A DNA stretch of 64,000 nt from an uncultured Oscillospiraceae bacterium (GCA_964521735.1 CAZFTO010000001.1:72442-136441); one strand, 5' to 3'; counted from the first letter of the stretch, positions 34,801 through 43,819 are shown. Notes: generated from the letters alone by a model not told the origin. Numbers and translations are program-made.

Positions 34801-35159
34801 CTTCAGTGCAGTTTGGCTACGCATTTAGTGGCCAAGAACAACCGCCGCAAAGCCTAAGCTACTTCGGCAAGCAAGATTCTTTCCGGGAAGTTTGTCAAGC
34901 AAGCACTTTCGGCACGCTTATTTGCGGCAACGGAAAGATGCAGTATTCGTTTAGCGGCAGTGCGTTTGCCTTGGTGGTGCGCCAGCAAAACGATTGCAAA
35001 CTAAAAGTGACGGTGGATGGCGTTTCACAAACGGTGGAAGTTGGCGGCAGCGATGCGCGACAGTTGGCGGTTGCGCTCAACTTGGGCGAAGGCGAACACA
35101 CTGTGGAAATTTGGGTGCAATCGGGCACAATAAACGTCGATTGCATACTGGTGCGATAG
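31896..35159 (+). CDS. Membrane/secreted M60-like (enhancin-type) zinc metallopeptidase with PA14-like and F5/8 type C (discoidin)-like carbohydrate-binding modules
   Basis: N-terminal TM: IVILCILVAVCLLASVLLFVL. M60-N-like block: YVTGLYAPAGEVVKVEISQ. Zinc motif GFWGVIHEFNHLYQ (HEFNH at 33051-33065). PA14-like: GKIYVEKSGNYAFCLRSGRGNNTLYLSVNN. Discoidin-like: NVFDGDPNTFYH...FALHVSLDGQNWQQAG. Confidence 0.7.
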   Translation: MSAKRKNRTIVILCILVAVCLLASVLLFVLYGGAQEQLQFSTTFNGKVNQWNQTLDTIPRKIPQTTSNEGLCGRYPTYGTAIPDITEAEKDALLAENAIIMASATSYDAMDKDGNLLLGGTPTGKKLYKHTSAVGMYYGNVSDDELAVVERITITANEQRNYVTGLYAPAGEVVKVEISQADLDAIGGSLTVVVGQVSQRNNINNIWKARNDFSRMPVVANKLQIMSTTAYVGNPLGGPIYVYPTSLGSTFTVTISGAVPYAHYVHGQTTQAQVEKMQNYSAPYYDFEVWDLGVRISGPSKYGNYNYQNLVQVGNLWEKIIRTSRQVPCSANASISVGFVCDCFVAAGAACAFQGGDSWVNMPCSWMGNALNYQSMVTDGFWGVIHEFNHLYQSYGMENTKTNEVTNNATSLLSYVSYTNISQNRSLDDGDLSGWNRYTDASRSLRETVQNAESGEPQRALNAYADIIHAFGVQTFAQATQLQKGFGVDNWYQALSLATNYNFTFYFENMLNCKLGDEVKALYDTADRTPFVPVATVFQTGRSILQNGNEVFVETMRPYLIARGTSQEINFNTQLVLPSGVTFRIESISEPQSGTLTQLSQNVYRYVPGAEEYSGTIKVKLALESDYFPAQSVTLTLNFRQYDKNQVEVLKYSYDGETKYQSVEEAVANNFDGYTNLQTYNSQSTFLNGLANGQIGIVQGKIYVEKSGNYAFCLRSGRGNNTLYLSVNNPDDLQQVLSLNTDHGGFQTEGEHVVKLNLSAGDYVYFREITLSRHYADAFTELGMANLDEKQSMSTVPAKTLCTNDMQMPVFDFSSQQIFPRVYQTSELLEVSPSSEHTLISTNMQRWDETTDIQNVFDGDPNTFYHNQRNCFVSAQNPFELVADMGKVATFNTLKIISRTSGQLNLPCSFALHVSLDGQNWQQAGYFENLPLVGITVQANFNETSFRYYKLVVTDTKSAYEGNKYVTISSVQFGYAFSGQEQPPQSLSYFGKQDSFREVCQASTFGTLICGNGKMQYSFSGSAFALVVRQQNDCKLKVTVDGVSQTVEVGGSDARQLAVALNLGEGEHTVEIWVQSGTINVDCILVR

Positions 35160-35317
35160 CAGTTGGCTAGGTTTTTGCGGATGTTGTCACAAAACAAAAA
35201 AAGTGCTATAATTCTTTTGAAAGTTTTCACAAATCAACACTTTTCGTTCATTTTGTTGTTCATTTTGTTCAAAACGTTTGGTATAATCAACGTGTAATCA
35301 AAAGGAGGAACTAAAAA

Positions 35318-35677
35318 ATGAATGAATTTGACAAAGCTTATGCAGAAGGTATCGCAAAGGACTACGCTTTTCCTCAAAAAGCAGGATCTAAAGTTGTAGC
35401 ACTAAAAAAATTGGATAACAAAGTTCGCCGTCCGGCACTTATTTTGGCATACACGTTGGGTGTTGTGTCCGCATTGCTTTTGGGTGTTGGAATGTGCCTT
35501 TCCATGAACGTTATCGGCGCAGGAACACCCGTAACCATGGGTGTTGGCATTGGTGTTGGCCTTGTTGGCATCGCCGGCGTTTCCGCAAACTATCCTATCT
35601 ACAAAAAGTTTTTGCGTGCCAGAAAAGAAAAGTACGCTAACGACGTTATCGAACTAGCAAAAAGCATCATCGAATAA
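35318..35677 (+). CDS. Small two-TM membrane protein, unknown function
   Basis: aaaggagg RBS. 119 aa with two hydrophobic helices (ALILAYTLGVVSALLLGVGMCL, GVGIGVGLVGIAGV). Confidence 0.6.
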   Translation: MNEFDKAYAEGIAKDYAFPQKAGSKVVALKKLDNKVRRPALILAYTLGVVSALLLGVGMCLSMNVIGAGTPVTMGVGIGVGLVGIAGVSANYPIYKKFLRARKEKYANDVIELAKSIIE

Positions 35678-35709
35678 CAACCAAATCACCTAAAAGGGAG
35701 GCAGTTATT

Positions 35710-36294
35710 GTGAACAAAAATCAAAGCAAATATTTCAACACTGCCAAACTTATGAACGATGCATTGGTTTTGTTGCTAGACAAAAAGGATTTCGATCTGA
35801 TAACGGTAAAAGACGTGTGCAACAAAGCCGGTGTAAACCGTTCAACATTCTATCTTCACTACGAAACAATGGACGATTTGTTGGCGGAAACGTTGGAAAA
35901 CGCCAACAAGTCCTTTTTGGAAACGTTTCGCCAGGCAGAAGTTGATCCGCCAAATTTACGTGCCGAATCGCTGGAAGATTTGGTGATAGTGGACGAACAA
36001 CGGCTAATTCCGTTTTTGCAATTCGTCAAAGAAAACGTGCATATCTATGCGGCGTTTTGTCATCATCCCGTGTTGTTTAACGCGCGCAAAACCTATCAAA
36101 AATTGTTTGACGAAGTTTTCCGTCCTATTTTGGCTCGTTTCGGCTTCAATAATGACGAAAGCATCTACATGATGGAATACTATTTCAACGGCATGATGGC
36201 GCTGGTAATGAAGTGGGCAAGTGGCGGTTGCAAAGAAGACGTGCAAGATATTTGTCGTTTGTTGCTATTGTGCGTGCGCCCAACGGTAAAATAA
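35710..36294 (+). CDS. TetR/AcrR family transcriptional regulator
   Basis: GTG start after the gggagg RBS. HTH block: ITVKDVCNKAGVNRSTFYLHYETMDDLL. Confidence 0.85.
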   Translation: MNKNQSKYFNTAKLMNDALVLLLDKKDFDLITVKDVCNKAGVNRSTFYLHYETMDDLLAETLENANKSFLETFRQAEVDPPNLRAESLEDLVIVDEQRLIPFLQFVKENVHIYAAFCHHPVLFNARKTYQKLFDEVFRPILARFGFNNDESIYMMEYYFNGMMALVMKWASGGCKEDVQDICRLLLLCVRPTVK

Positions 36295-36305
36295 GTGGGG
36301 TAAAA

Positions 36306-36971
36306 ATGAATTTGTATCAAAAATACAAAAATTTGCCAAAGGAAAAGAGGAGTATTGTTAACATAATCCTCATTTTTTCTTTTGGAATTTGTTGGTCCGT
36401 CATAAAATTGTTGATGGGCGTATATCAAAACTCCAACTTTTTGATAGTATCGGCACTGTTCACAATGTGTTTGGCACTTTCTAAATTGTGTTGCCTCATT
36501 GGCATAGTTAAGCACAGGGAAAAATACGTTCGAATAACGCACGTGCTTTCTTCGTTGCTTATTGTTTTTGGCGGCGTGTTCTACGGATTGTATAACCTGC
36601 GCTTGCTAAACGGACAAACGGCGGCAAACTATGGGCTAATTCCCTCCATAACCATTGCAACTGTTTCTTTCACGTTGTTTATAAAGTCGGTAGTGGTGCT
36701 GTTCCGCGATAAGCGCCGCGACGACTATCATCGCAACTTGCGCATATTGTCTTTTATTTCCGCCTGTGTAGATATTGTGTTGACTCAAATGAGTTTGCTG
36801 GCTGTGCAGGCGCCGGAAATGGACCCTGTTTATAATTTCTATATTGCAATTGGTGTTGCAATAATGACTGTTGGTTTGGGCATCTATTGCATCGTTGCTC
36901 CATTCACCGAAAAAAACAAACAATCGGCCGTTGCCGAAGAAGACGAAGAAATAGAAGATCTGTTTATTTAA
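36306..36971 (+). CDS. Polytopic membrane protein, unknown function
   Basis: ATG at 36306 lies just after the TetR stop. About 6 predicted TM helices and an acidic C-terminus (AEEDEEIEDLFI). Confidence 0.6.
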   Translation: MNLYQKYKNLPKEKRSIVNIILIFSFGICWSVIKLLMGVYQNSNFLIVSALFTMCLALSKLCCLIGIVKHREKYVRITHVLSSLLIVFGGVFYGLYNLRLLNGQTAANYGLIPSITIATVSFTLFIKSVVVLFRDKRRDDYHRNLRILSFISACVDIVLTQMSLLAVQAPEMDPVYNFYIAIGVAIMTVGLGIYCIVAPFTEKNKQSAVAEEDEEIEDLFI

Positions 36972-36973
36972 CA

Positions 36974-37001
36974 GCCCGCCCTGTGCGGGCCTTTTGTTTT
37001 T
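36974..37001 (+). terminator. Rho-independent terminator
   Basis: gcccgc-cctgt-gcgggc hairpin followed by cttttgttttt. Confidence 0.7.
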
Positions 37002-37204
37002 CAAAAACGGCGTGAGGGTTCGGCTCTAAATTGGCGTTAGCAAGCTTTGTTCGCAGTTGCGTGTTTTTCCGCTTACTATTGGCAACAATGAAAATTGGCA
37101 TTCGTCGGCTTTTTTCACAGTTTGCGATTGTCCGTTTTCTTGATGATAACAATCTGTTTTTTGCCAAAAAACAATTTGTTTGTATTTTGGGTGTTTAGTG
37201 TAAC

Positions 37205-37228
37205 AAAAAACGCCGAGATGTCGGCGCT
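37205..37228 (-). terminator. Rho-independent terminator (minus strand) about 500 nt downstream of the antitoxin gene
   Basis: On the minus strand: cgccga-catc-tcggcg hairpin followed by tttttt. Confidence 0.55.
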
Positions 37229-37735
37229 TAGGTGTGTGTTATTTTGCTTTTATTTTTAGTTTTTGCTCATGGTGTGTCGCAAATGCACGTTTGTGTTGTG
37301 CAGTCACTTTTTTGTTTCCGTCAGGGAGCATGCCTGCGAACTAGTGCTAACGAATTTCACGTTCGGCAGTTTTCCAAGCCAAACAATTTCATGTGTGGTA
37401 GTGTGGGCAAAGCATTTTGGAAAGTAACTTTGGTGTGGGCTTATGCTGCACGGTCATAATGGCAGTGCAGCGCTTCGCAACAACTTTTTTGTTTGCACAA
37501 AGTTGCGTCCGCTAAGCGAGCATTGCCGCATTTTGCGTTTGGTGGTTTTGGAACAAACAAAGTTAATTTTCGTCGCCTTGCGTTCCTTAAATTTTGTCAA
37601 GCCTTTTGCCGTTTGCGCCGCATAGGTGGCCACGGGTCGGCACCGTTGCAAATTCTTTCGTTTGTGAAGTTGCCGCCATCAACATGGGCTAATGTTTTGA
37701 CGGCAATGGTGTACGGCAAATTTATGCGCTAGGCA

Positions 37736-37960
37736 TCACAGCCATTTAGCACGATCAATTTCTTTTTTTGCGGCTCTATCCAAATTGTCGTTGGATTGAG
37801 GCAACGTTATTTTCATTGCATCGATATCTAGCAAAACCATTTTGGGTTTGTTGTTCTTAAAAATAACAACACATCCCAAGTCTTCGCAAAGCCTAACCAC
37901 TTTTGAAAAGTTTTGGTTGGCGTCGGACATGGAAACTATTTGATTGCTGTTTATCATCAT
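37736..37960 (-). CDS. Phd/YefM-type antitoxin (orphan)
   Basis: 74 aa. MMINSNQIVSMSDANQNFSKVVRLCEDLGCVVIFKNNKPKMVLLDIDAM matches the Phd/YefM N-terminal fold pattern. Confidence 0.65.
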   Translation of the reverse strand: MMINSNQIVSMSDANQNFSKVVRLCEDLGCVVIFKNNKPKMVLLDIDAMKITLPQSNDNLDRAAKKEIDRAKWL

Positions 37961-38151
37961 GGCTTTTTCTCCTTAAAATGCGTGTGGTGTTGCAGTTTTT
38001 AGTGTGTTTATTATATACTAAATCTAGGATAAAAACAACCTTTTTTATTTTTATTTTTTCATATTTTTTGGCGAAAACAGTGCAAAAAATCCAAAAAAAT
38101 GGCAGTTTTGGGCAAAAAAAGCAAATAGAAAAATTATTTCACAAAATTTGC

Positions 38152-38180
38152 TTGAATATCTGTTGTGAAGATGATAAAAT
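38152..38180 (+). promoter_or_regulatory. Sigma-A-type promoter for the sugar ABC operon
   Basis: TTGAAT - 17 nt - TAAAAT. Confidence 0.6.
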
Positions 38181-38187
38181 TTTGAAG

Positions 38188-38217
38188 TTAATAGTGGTGC
38201 ATTATGCCCACAATTAA
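38188..38217. promoter_or_regulatory. Candidate operator dyad overlapping the transcription start region
   Basis: TTAATAGTGG-N10-CCACAATTAA. The arms match 9 of 10 as an inverted repeat. The spacer contains the palindrome gcattatgc. Confidence 0.35.
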
Positions 38218-38250
38218 TTTAGTATATGTAAAAATTTTCAGGAGGAAAAT

Positions 38251-39639
38251 ATGAAAAAACTAATTGCAACTGTGATTACGTTCGTATTGGTTGTAGCATG
38301 CGTAGTGTCTCTTGTAGCTTGCTCACCCAAAGTACTCACCATTTGGGTAGGAACGGAATCCGAAACCTACTACGCTAGCGTAGTGGAAAAGTACGTAGCT
38401 GACTATGCCGAAAAGAACGGCAGCGCATTCCCCTATACGGTAGAAGTTAAGGGTGTGGATGCTTCCACCGCTGCAGAAGCCGTTTTGAAGGATCCCGAAG
38501 CTGGCCCGGCCATCTTCACCATCCCTCACGACAACCTTGGCAAACTTATTGGCACTGCTCCCGTTATTGCTGCTCTCACAAGCCCCAGTTTGCTTGCTCA
38601 AATCGAAGCAGATAACGGCGACGGCTACAAATCCGTTATCAAAAACAAAGTTAACGGCACGGAATTTACCTTTGCTGCTCCCTATATCGGACAAGCTCTT
38701 GTTCTCTACTACAACAAAAGCCTTGTTTCTGACGAACAAGTAAAAACTTGGGAAGGCCTGATGGCCGCCGCAAAAGCTGCCGGCAGCAACGTTAAGGCTA
38801 CCACCGTTATGGGTAACGACAGTTATAACCTTAGTTTCTTCATGCTTGCACGCAACGCTCAAACAAACAGCACCAGCGTAAAAATCTACGAAGGTACCAC
38901 TCTTGCCGAAATGTTGGCAAGTTGCTATTGCACCGGCGACGACACGATGGCAAACTTCAAGTGGGCACAACGTTTCTTCAACGATCCCAACGGCGGAGCT
39001 CTTGCCGGTTCCGATGGTTTCGAAGTTCTTCTTCGCGACGGCAAAGCACTTGCACTTGTTGGGGGGGCTTGGAAATTTAACGGCGTAAAGAGCGCATTGG
39101 GCAACAACTTGGGCATTGCTCAACTTCCTACCTACACCATAACCGAAGCTGACGCATACGGCACTTGCACGGCAGGCACCGTTATGAAGTCCGGCACCTT
39201 TGCAGACTGCAAAGTTTTGTGCATCAACGCATCTAGCGCAGCTGTTAAAGACGGCAACAAACAACTTTGCGAAGATCTTATTCAATATCTTTCCAGCAAA
39301 GAAATTCAAGAAGGTTCCTTCGAAGAATGCAACAACCTTCCCACATACAAAAATGCATCCCAAGAATTTGCCGCAATGCAAGGCGACAGCGTAGAAGCTC
39401 AACTTGCTGCCAAGCAAATCGAAATGTCCGTTTGGGGAATTCCTCAACCGTTCGGATTCCACAACTTCCTCAACTTGTTCTTCTATCAAAATGGTGCAGA
39501 CACCTACACGCAAGATATCCTTTTGATGCGTGATTCCAGTGCCGACAACGTAAAAGCATACGACACGGACGAAAAGTTGAAAGCAGGTTTGCAAATTATT
39601 GAAAACATTTGGAAGACCGGCAAAGCAACAGGCCAATAA
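38251..39639 (+). CDS. Sugar ABC transporter substrate-binding lipoprotein (family 1 SBP)
   Basis: Lipobox: VVSLVAC|S. 462 aa, with typical SBP_bac_1 composition. It heads a binding protein-permease-permease-GH13 cluster. Confidence 0.8.
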   Translation: MKKLIATVITFVLVVACVVSLVACSPKVLTIWVGTESETYYASVVEKYVADYAEKNGSAFPYTVEVKGVDASTAAEAVLKDPEAGPAIFTIPHDNLGKLIGTAPVIAALTSPSLLAQIEADNGDGYKSVIKNKVNGTEFTFAAPYIGQALVLYYNKSLVSDEQVKTWEGLMAAAKAAGSNVKATTVMGNDSYNLSFFMLARNAQTNSTSVKIYEGTTLAEMLASCYCTGDDTMANFKWAQRFFNDPNGGALAGSDGFEVLLRDGKALALVGGAWKFNGVKSALGNNLGIAQLPTYTITEADAYGTCTAGTVMKSGTFADCKVLCINASSAAVKDGNKQLCEDLIQYLSSKEIQEGSFEECNNLPTYKNASQEFAAMQGDSVEAQLAAKQIEMSVWGIPQPFGFHNFLNLFFYQNGADTYTQDILLMRDSSADNVKAYDTDEKLKAGLQIIENIWKTGKATGQ

Positions 39640-39668
39640 GAATAACAAGTGATTACTAGGAGAAAATC

Positions 39669-41123
39669 ATGTCCGAACAATTACTAACAAAAAAACCCAA
39701 TCCTTTTCAACGCTTTTGGCGCAGAATTGTGAATGGTTTCAAAGGCTTCGGCGAACGCTTCGTGGATGGAAGTGTGGGAACAAAACTTTCCCACTTCATC
39801 ATGGGCGCAGGCAATTTCAGTCACAAGCAAATTGTCAAAGGCATTTTGTTTTTGCTTATAGAAATTGCATTCGTTGCCTTCATGATACTTTCCCCCGAAG
39901 TTAACAACACGCCGCTGGGCTGGAAAGCGTTGCAAAATCTTGGCACGCTGGGCTACGTCAATACGGAATCGCCCGATTTTAACGGCATCGGCCCCGACGG
40001 TTTGCCCATTCAGATTCCCAACTCAATGCTTATTTTGCTGTTCGGGGTTTTGACCATCGGCGCAATTGCATTGTTTTTGGTGGCATATTTTGCCAACATT
40101 TCTAGCTCGTATAAGGCCGATTTGGATCAGCGTTTTGGCGAAGGCGCAACGTCTTTCAAACAAGACCTTGCCGCCATGTTGGATACCAAGTTCCACGTAA
40201 CCATGCTTTCTCCCACTTTGCTGGGCGTTGCATTGTTCACGGTGCTTCCCACAATCTACATGATTTTGGTTGCATTCACGTCCTACGGCGGCACGGCCGC
40301 TATTGGTCAAACCAACTTCAAGTGGGTTGGCTTGGAAAATTTCATCAACATTTTCACCGATGAAACCAGCGAAGTTGGCCAGCGCATACTTCCCGTGTTG
40401 TTGTGGACGCTCATTTGGGCTTTCTTTGCAACGGTAACCAACTATTTTGGAGGAATTTTGCTTGCAGTGCTCATCAACAAAAAGGGCATCAAAGGCAAAA
40501 TCTTCTTCCGCACAGTGTTCGTTATGACCATTGCAATTCCGCAATTCATTTCGTTGTTGGCAATGAGAAACTTGCTTTCGGCAAGCGGCCCCATCAACGG
40601 TATGTTGCAAAGTTTGGGAATTATCGATCAGCCCATCAACTTCTTGGGACACGATATGGAAAACCGCAACGTAACTTTGGTTAGAGTTATGATCATTCTA
40701 ATCAACATGTGGGTTGGTATTCCCTACACAATGCTTATGACAAGCGGAATTTTGATGAACATTCCCTCCGACCTTTACGAAGCGGCCAAGGTGGACGGTG
40801 CAAAACCCGTAACAATGTTCTTCAAAATCACCTTCCCCTACATATTCTTCATCACCACGCCCTATCTCATCAGTTCCTTCATTGGCAACATCACTTCCTT
40901 CAACATCATCTTCATGTTGAGCGGTGGTGGTCCCGGCGTTGCAGGCTTCAAGGCGGGCGAAACCGACTTGTTGGTTACTTGGCTCTACAAGTTGACGGTA
41001 GATAACTCTATGTATAACGAAGGCGCCGTCATTGGTATTCTAACCTTCATCTTCACGTCGGCGATAACGTTGTTGACCTATCGCAGAAGCAAATCCTACA
41101 AAGAGGAGGATACGTTCCAATGA
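39669..41123 (+). CDS. Sugar ABC transporter permease (MalF-like, with a large N-terminal region)
   Basis: EAA loop: YEAAKVDGAKPVTMFFKITFP. Multiple TM helices. Confidence 0.85.
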   Translation: MSEQLLTKKPNPFQRFWRRIVNGFKGFGERFVDGSVGTKLSHFIMGAGNFSHKQIVKGILFLLIEIAFVAFMILSPEVNNTPLGWKALQNLGTLGYVNTESPDFNGIGPDGLPIQIPNSMLILLFGVLTIGAIALFLVAYFANISSSYKADLDQRFGEGATSFKQDLAAMLDTKFHVTMLSPTLLGVALFTVLPTIYMILVAFTSYGGTAAIGQTNFKWVGLENFINIFTDETSEVGQRILPVLLWTLIWAFFATVTNYFGGILLAVLINKKGIKGKIFFRTVFVMTIAIPQFISLLAMRNLLSASGPINGMLQSLGIIDQPINFLGHDMENRNVTLVRVMIILINMWVGIPYTMLMTSGILMNIPSDLYEAAKVDGAKPVTMFFKITFPYIFFITTPYLISSFIGNITSFNIIFMLSGGGPGVAGFKAGETDLLVTWLYKLTVDNSMYNEGAVIGILTFIFTSAITLLTYRRSKSYKEEDTFQ

Positions 41124-42019
41124 GAAACAATCTTGGTATTGCGGCTCAAAAGAAAGGTCACATGCGTCGCAACAGACGCATTGCCAATGCCGCCACGTAC
41201 GTTATATTGTCCATACTCGTTGTAATTTGGCTGTATCCTATTTTGTGGATTTTCCTTCAAGCATTCCGTTGCGAATATAACGACGGCGTGTTGGTTGGAA
41301 CGGTAGTTTCTCACTACTTCCCCAAGCAATTTGGGTTCGATAATTTTGCCAAATTGTTCACCGAAACAAAGTTCTTGCGTCAAGTTGGCAACACCGTTAT
41401 CGTTTCCATTTGTTCTTGCATTTTGTCCACGTTGCTCACCCTTTCGACGGCGTACATCATGTCCAAAATCAAGTTCAAAATGCGCAAACCTTTCATGAAT
41501 TTGGCCATGATTTTGGGATTGTTCCCCGGCTTCATGTCCATGATTGCCATCTACTTCATTTTGAAGACTCTCGGCCTAACTCAAACGTTGTTTGCACTTA
41601 TTTTGTGCTACTCGGCAGGTGCAGGTTTGGGATTCTACGTAGCAAAAGGCTTTTTTGATACCGTTCCCAACGCCTTGGTGGAATCGGCCAAATTGGATGG
41701 TGCAACGCAAGCGCAAGTTTTCGTGCATATCATTTTGCCCCTTTCCAAACCCATCATCATCTACACGGCGTTGCTGGCATTCACCGGCCCGTGGATGGAC
41801 TTCATTTTTGCAAGAGTTATTCTTGGTGAAGCCAACACCGAATTGCACACCGTTGCAGTTGGTTTGTATCAAATGATGTATGGCGCAAAAGCCGATGGCA
41901 ACGTGTTCACAACCTTTGCCGCAGGCTGCGTGTGTATTGCGGTTCCCATCGTAACGCTGTTCTTGTGCTTGCAAAAGTACTATATCGAAGGCGCAACGTC
42001 AGGCGCTGTGAAAGGCTAA
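41120..42019 (+). CDS. Sugar ABC transporter permease (MalG-like)
   Basis: EAA loop: VESAKLDGATQAQVFVHIILP. Its start overlaps the upstream stop by 4 nt. Confidence 0.85.
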   Translation: MRNNLGIAAQKKGHMRRNRRIANAATYVILSILVVIWLYPILWIFLQAFRCEYNDGVLVGTVVSHYFPKQFGFDNFAKLFTETKFLRQVGNTVIVSICSCILSTLLTLSTAYIMSKIKFKMRKPFMNLAMILGLFPGFMSMIAIYFILKTLGLTQTLFALILCYSAGAGLGFYVAKGFFDTVPNALVESAKLDGATQAQVFVHIILPLSKPIIIYTALLAFTGPWMDFIFARVILGEANTELHTVAVGLYQMMYGAKADGNVFTTFAAGCVCIAVPIVTLFLCLQKYYIEGATSGAVKG

Positions 42020-42205
42020 GGCCTAGTCAGATCGCAGTCGCACCAAAAAAACAACAATTTTGGCATCCGCAAAGTTCTTCTTTGCGGATGTTATTTTGCA
42101 AAAAAGTTTGTCGACAGGCAAGTGGTGCAATTTGCGTTGCCATAACGGCGAAAATAATATATAATTTTGTATAGCAAAAAAAGTTCAAAAATTTTGAGGA
42201 CGTAT

Positions 42206-43819
42206 ATGAAAAAAACTATTGTAGCTTTAGTGTTGTTGATGGTGCTTGTTTGGCCCTTGTGTTTTGCGGCTTGTGCCGAGCCCGGCGCAATAGTCGAGCA
42301 CAACGTGATAACGGATGACAACCTAAAAGCAAACATAATCGACGATAACTACCGCACTTTCTACGAAATTTTTGTAGGCGGCTTTTCCGATAGCAACGGC
42401 GACGGCATTGGTGATTTGCGCGGACTTATCAATCGCTTGGATTATCTAAACGATGGTGACCCCAATAGCGGCAAAAGTTTGGGTATCACGGGCATTTGGC
42501 TTATGCCCATAAACTTTTCACTTAGCTACCACAAATACGACGTGCTCGACTACAAAACGGTGGACCCCAAGTATGGCACCACGCAAGACATGCAAGAGCT
42601 AATTGCCGAATGTCACCGCCGTGGCATCAACGTGATTATCGACCTCGTGCTAAACCACACTTCCAAGCAACACCGTTGGTTCGAAGCAGCTCAAAAGGCA
42701 CGCAGGGAAGGTGACGTGGATAATCAATACTACGACTACTATTCCGTAAAAATCGGCTCGACTGGCGGTAATTGGTACGATTTTGCCACCGATCCGCAAG
42801 GCAACCACTGGGTTTACGAAGGTAATTTCAGCAGTGAAATGCCAGAACTAAACTACGAAAACCCTCTTGTCAAAAACGAAGTAGACGAAATTGTTAAGTA
42901 TTGGCTGGTGGATATGGGTATTGACGGTTTCCGTTTGGATGCCGTAAAGTATTTCTACCTTAACGAAGATGCCAAGAACATCGAATTTTTGAAGTGGCTA
43001 AACCAAACTTGTCAAAAGTATAAATCCGATGCCTATTTAGTGGGAGAAAACTGGTCCAATCAAGTATCCGTGCTCAACTACTACGAAGCAATCAACTGTT
43101 TCGATTTTTCCTTCTCGCAAGTTAACGGCTCCGTTATGGCGGCTGTTTTGTATGGCAGCAACAGCGGCTCAATGTTTTCCAGTGCAGTGGAAAGCTACTA
43201 CAACGCAACCAAGAAAAAAAATCCCGATGCAATAATGGCTCCATTCCTAACCAACCACGATATGGATAGAATTGCCGGTGCTGTCGACATTGAACAAAAA
43301 ACGGCACAACAAGCGGCCAGCTTGTATTTGCTTATGCCTGGCAACCCCTACATCTACTACGGCGAAGAAATTGGCATGAAGGGAAGTCGCGGCTCTGCCA
43401 ACACCGATGCCAACAGACGTTTGGCAATGCTGTGGGGCGACGGCGATTCTGTCAAAGATCCCACTGGCGCAACCTACGACAAAAAAAGCCAAACAAACGG
43501 CACCGTTTATGGACAACTAGGCAATTCGCAAAGCTTGCTAAATCACTACAAAAAGCTTATTGCCATTCGCAACGCCAATCCGGAAATTGCCCGTGGCAAA
43601 GTTACCGCCATCACCACCTTTGGCGAAAATTTTGCGGCGCTAAAGTTCGAATATAACGGCAGCGTCGTCTACGTAATTCACAATTTGGGCACGGCAAGCG
43701 TCACCTTGAACGTAAGTTCTTTGGGTGTTTCCACTTTGCGCGCGTGGGCTACGGAAAAATCTTCGCTAGATGGCAACACCCTTACCATTGGCGCACGTGG
43801 CAGTGTCGTTTTGAAGTGA
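42206..43819 (+). CDS. GH13 alpha-amylase-family lipoprotein (alpha-glucosidase/oligo-1,6-glucosidase/neopullulanase-like)
   Basis: ATG at 42206 follows the gagga RBS. Lipobox: PLCFAAC|A. GH13 regions: DLVLNHTS, GIDGFRLDAVKY, VGENW, LTNHDMDR. Confidence 0.85.
   Translation: MKKTIVALVLLMVLVWPLCFAACAEPGAIVEHNVITDDNLKANIIDDNYRTFYEIFVGGFSDSNGDGIGDLRGLINRLDYLNDGDPNSGKSLGITGIWLMPINFSLSYHKYDVLDYKTVDPKYGTTQDMQELIAECHRRGINVIIDLVLNHTSKQHRWFEAAQKARREGDVDNQYYDYYSVKIGSTGGNWYDFATDPQGNHWVYEGNFSSEMPELNYENPLVKNEVDEIVKYWLVDMGIDGFRLDAVKYFYLNEDAKNIEFLKWLNQTCQKYKSDAYLVGENWSNQVSVLNYYEAINCFDFSFSQVNGSVMAAVLYGSNSGSMFSSAVESYYNATKKKNPDAIMAPFLTNHDMDRIAGAVDIEQKTAQQAASLYLLMPGNPYIYYGEEIGMKGSRGSANTDANRRLAMLWGDGDSVKDPTGATYDKKSQTNGTVYGQLGNSQSLLNHYKKLIAIRNANPEIARGKVTAITTFGENFAALKFEYNGSVVYVIHNLGTASVTLNVSSLGVSTLRAWATEKSSLDGNTLTIGARGSVVLK

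Noticed and set aside
19925-35159. Sortase-dependent pilus, type IV pilus or S-layer explanation for the locus
   Set aside because: There is no sortase gene, LPXTG/NPQTN-type sorting signal, prepilin (G|FTLxE) leader, PilB/PilC-like gene or SLH domain in any of the nine proteins.
37560-37735. Possible Doc/Fic-type toxin remnant (minus-strand frame ...LAHVDGGNFTNER...)
   Set aside because: The similarity to the Fic/Doc motif HxFx[DE]GNxR is superficial, since the spacing and key residues do not match. The frame is also closed by stops on both sides.
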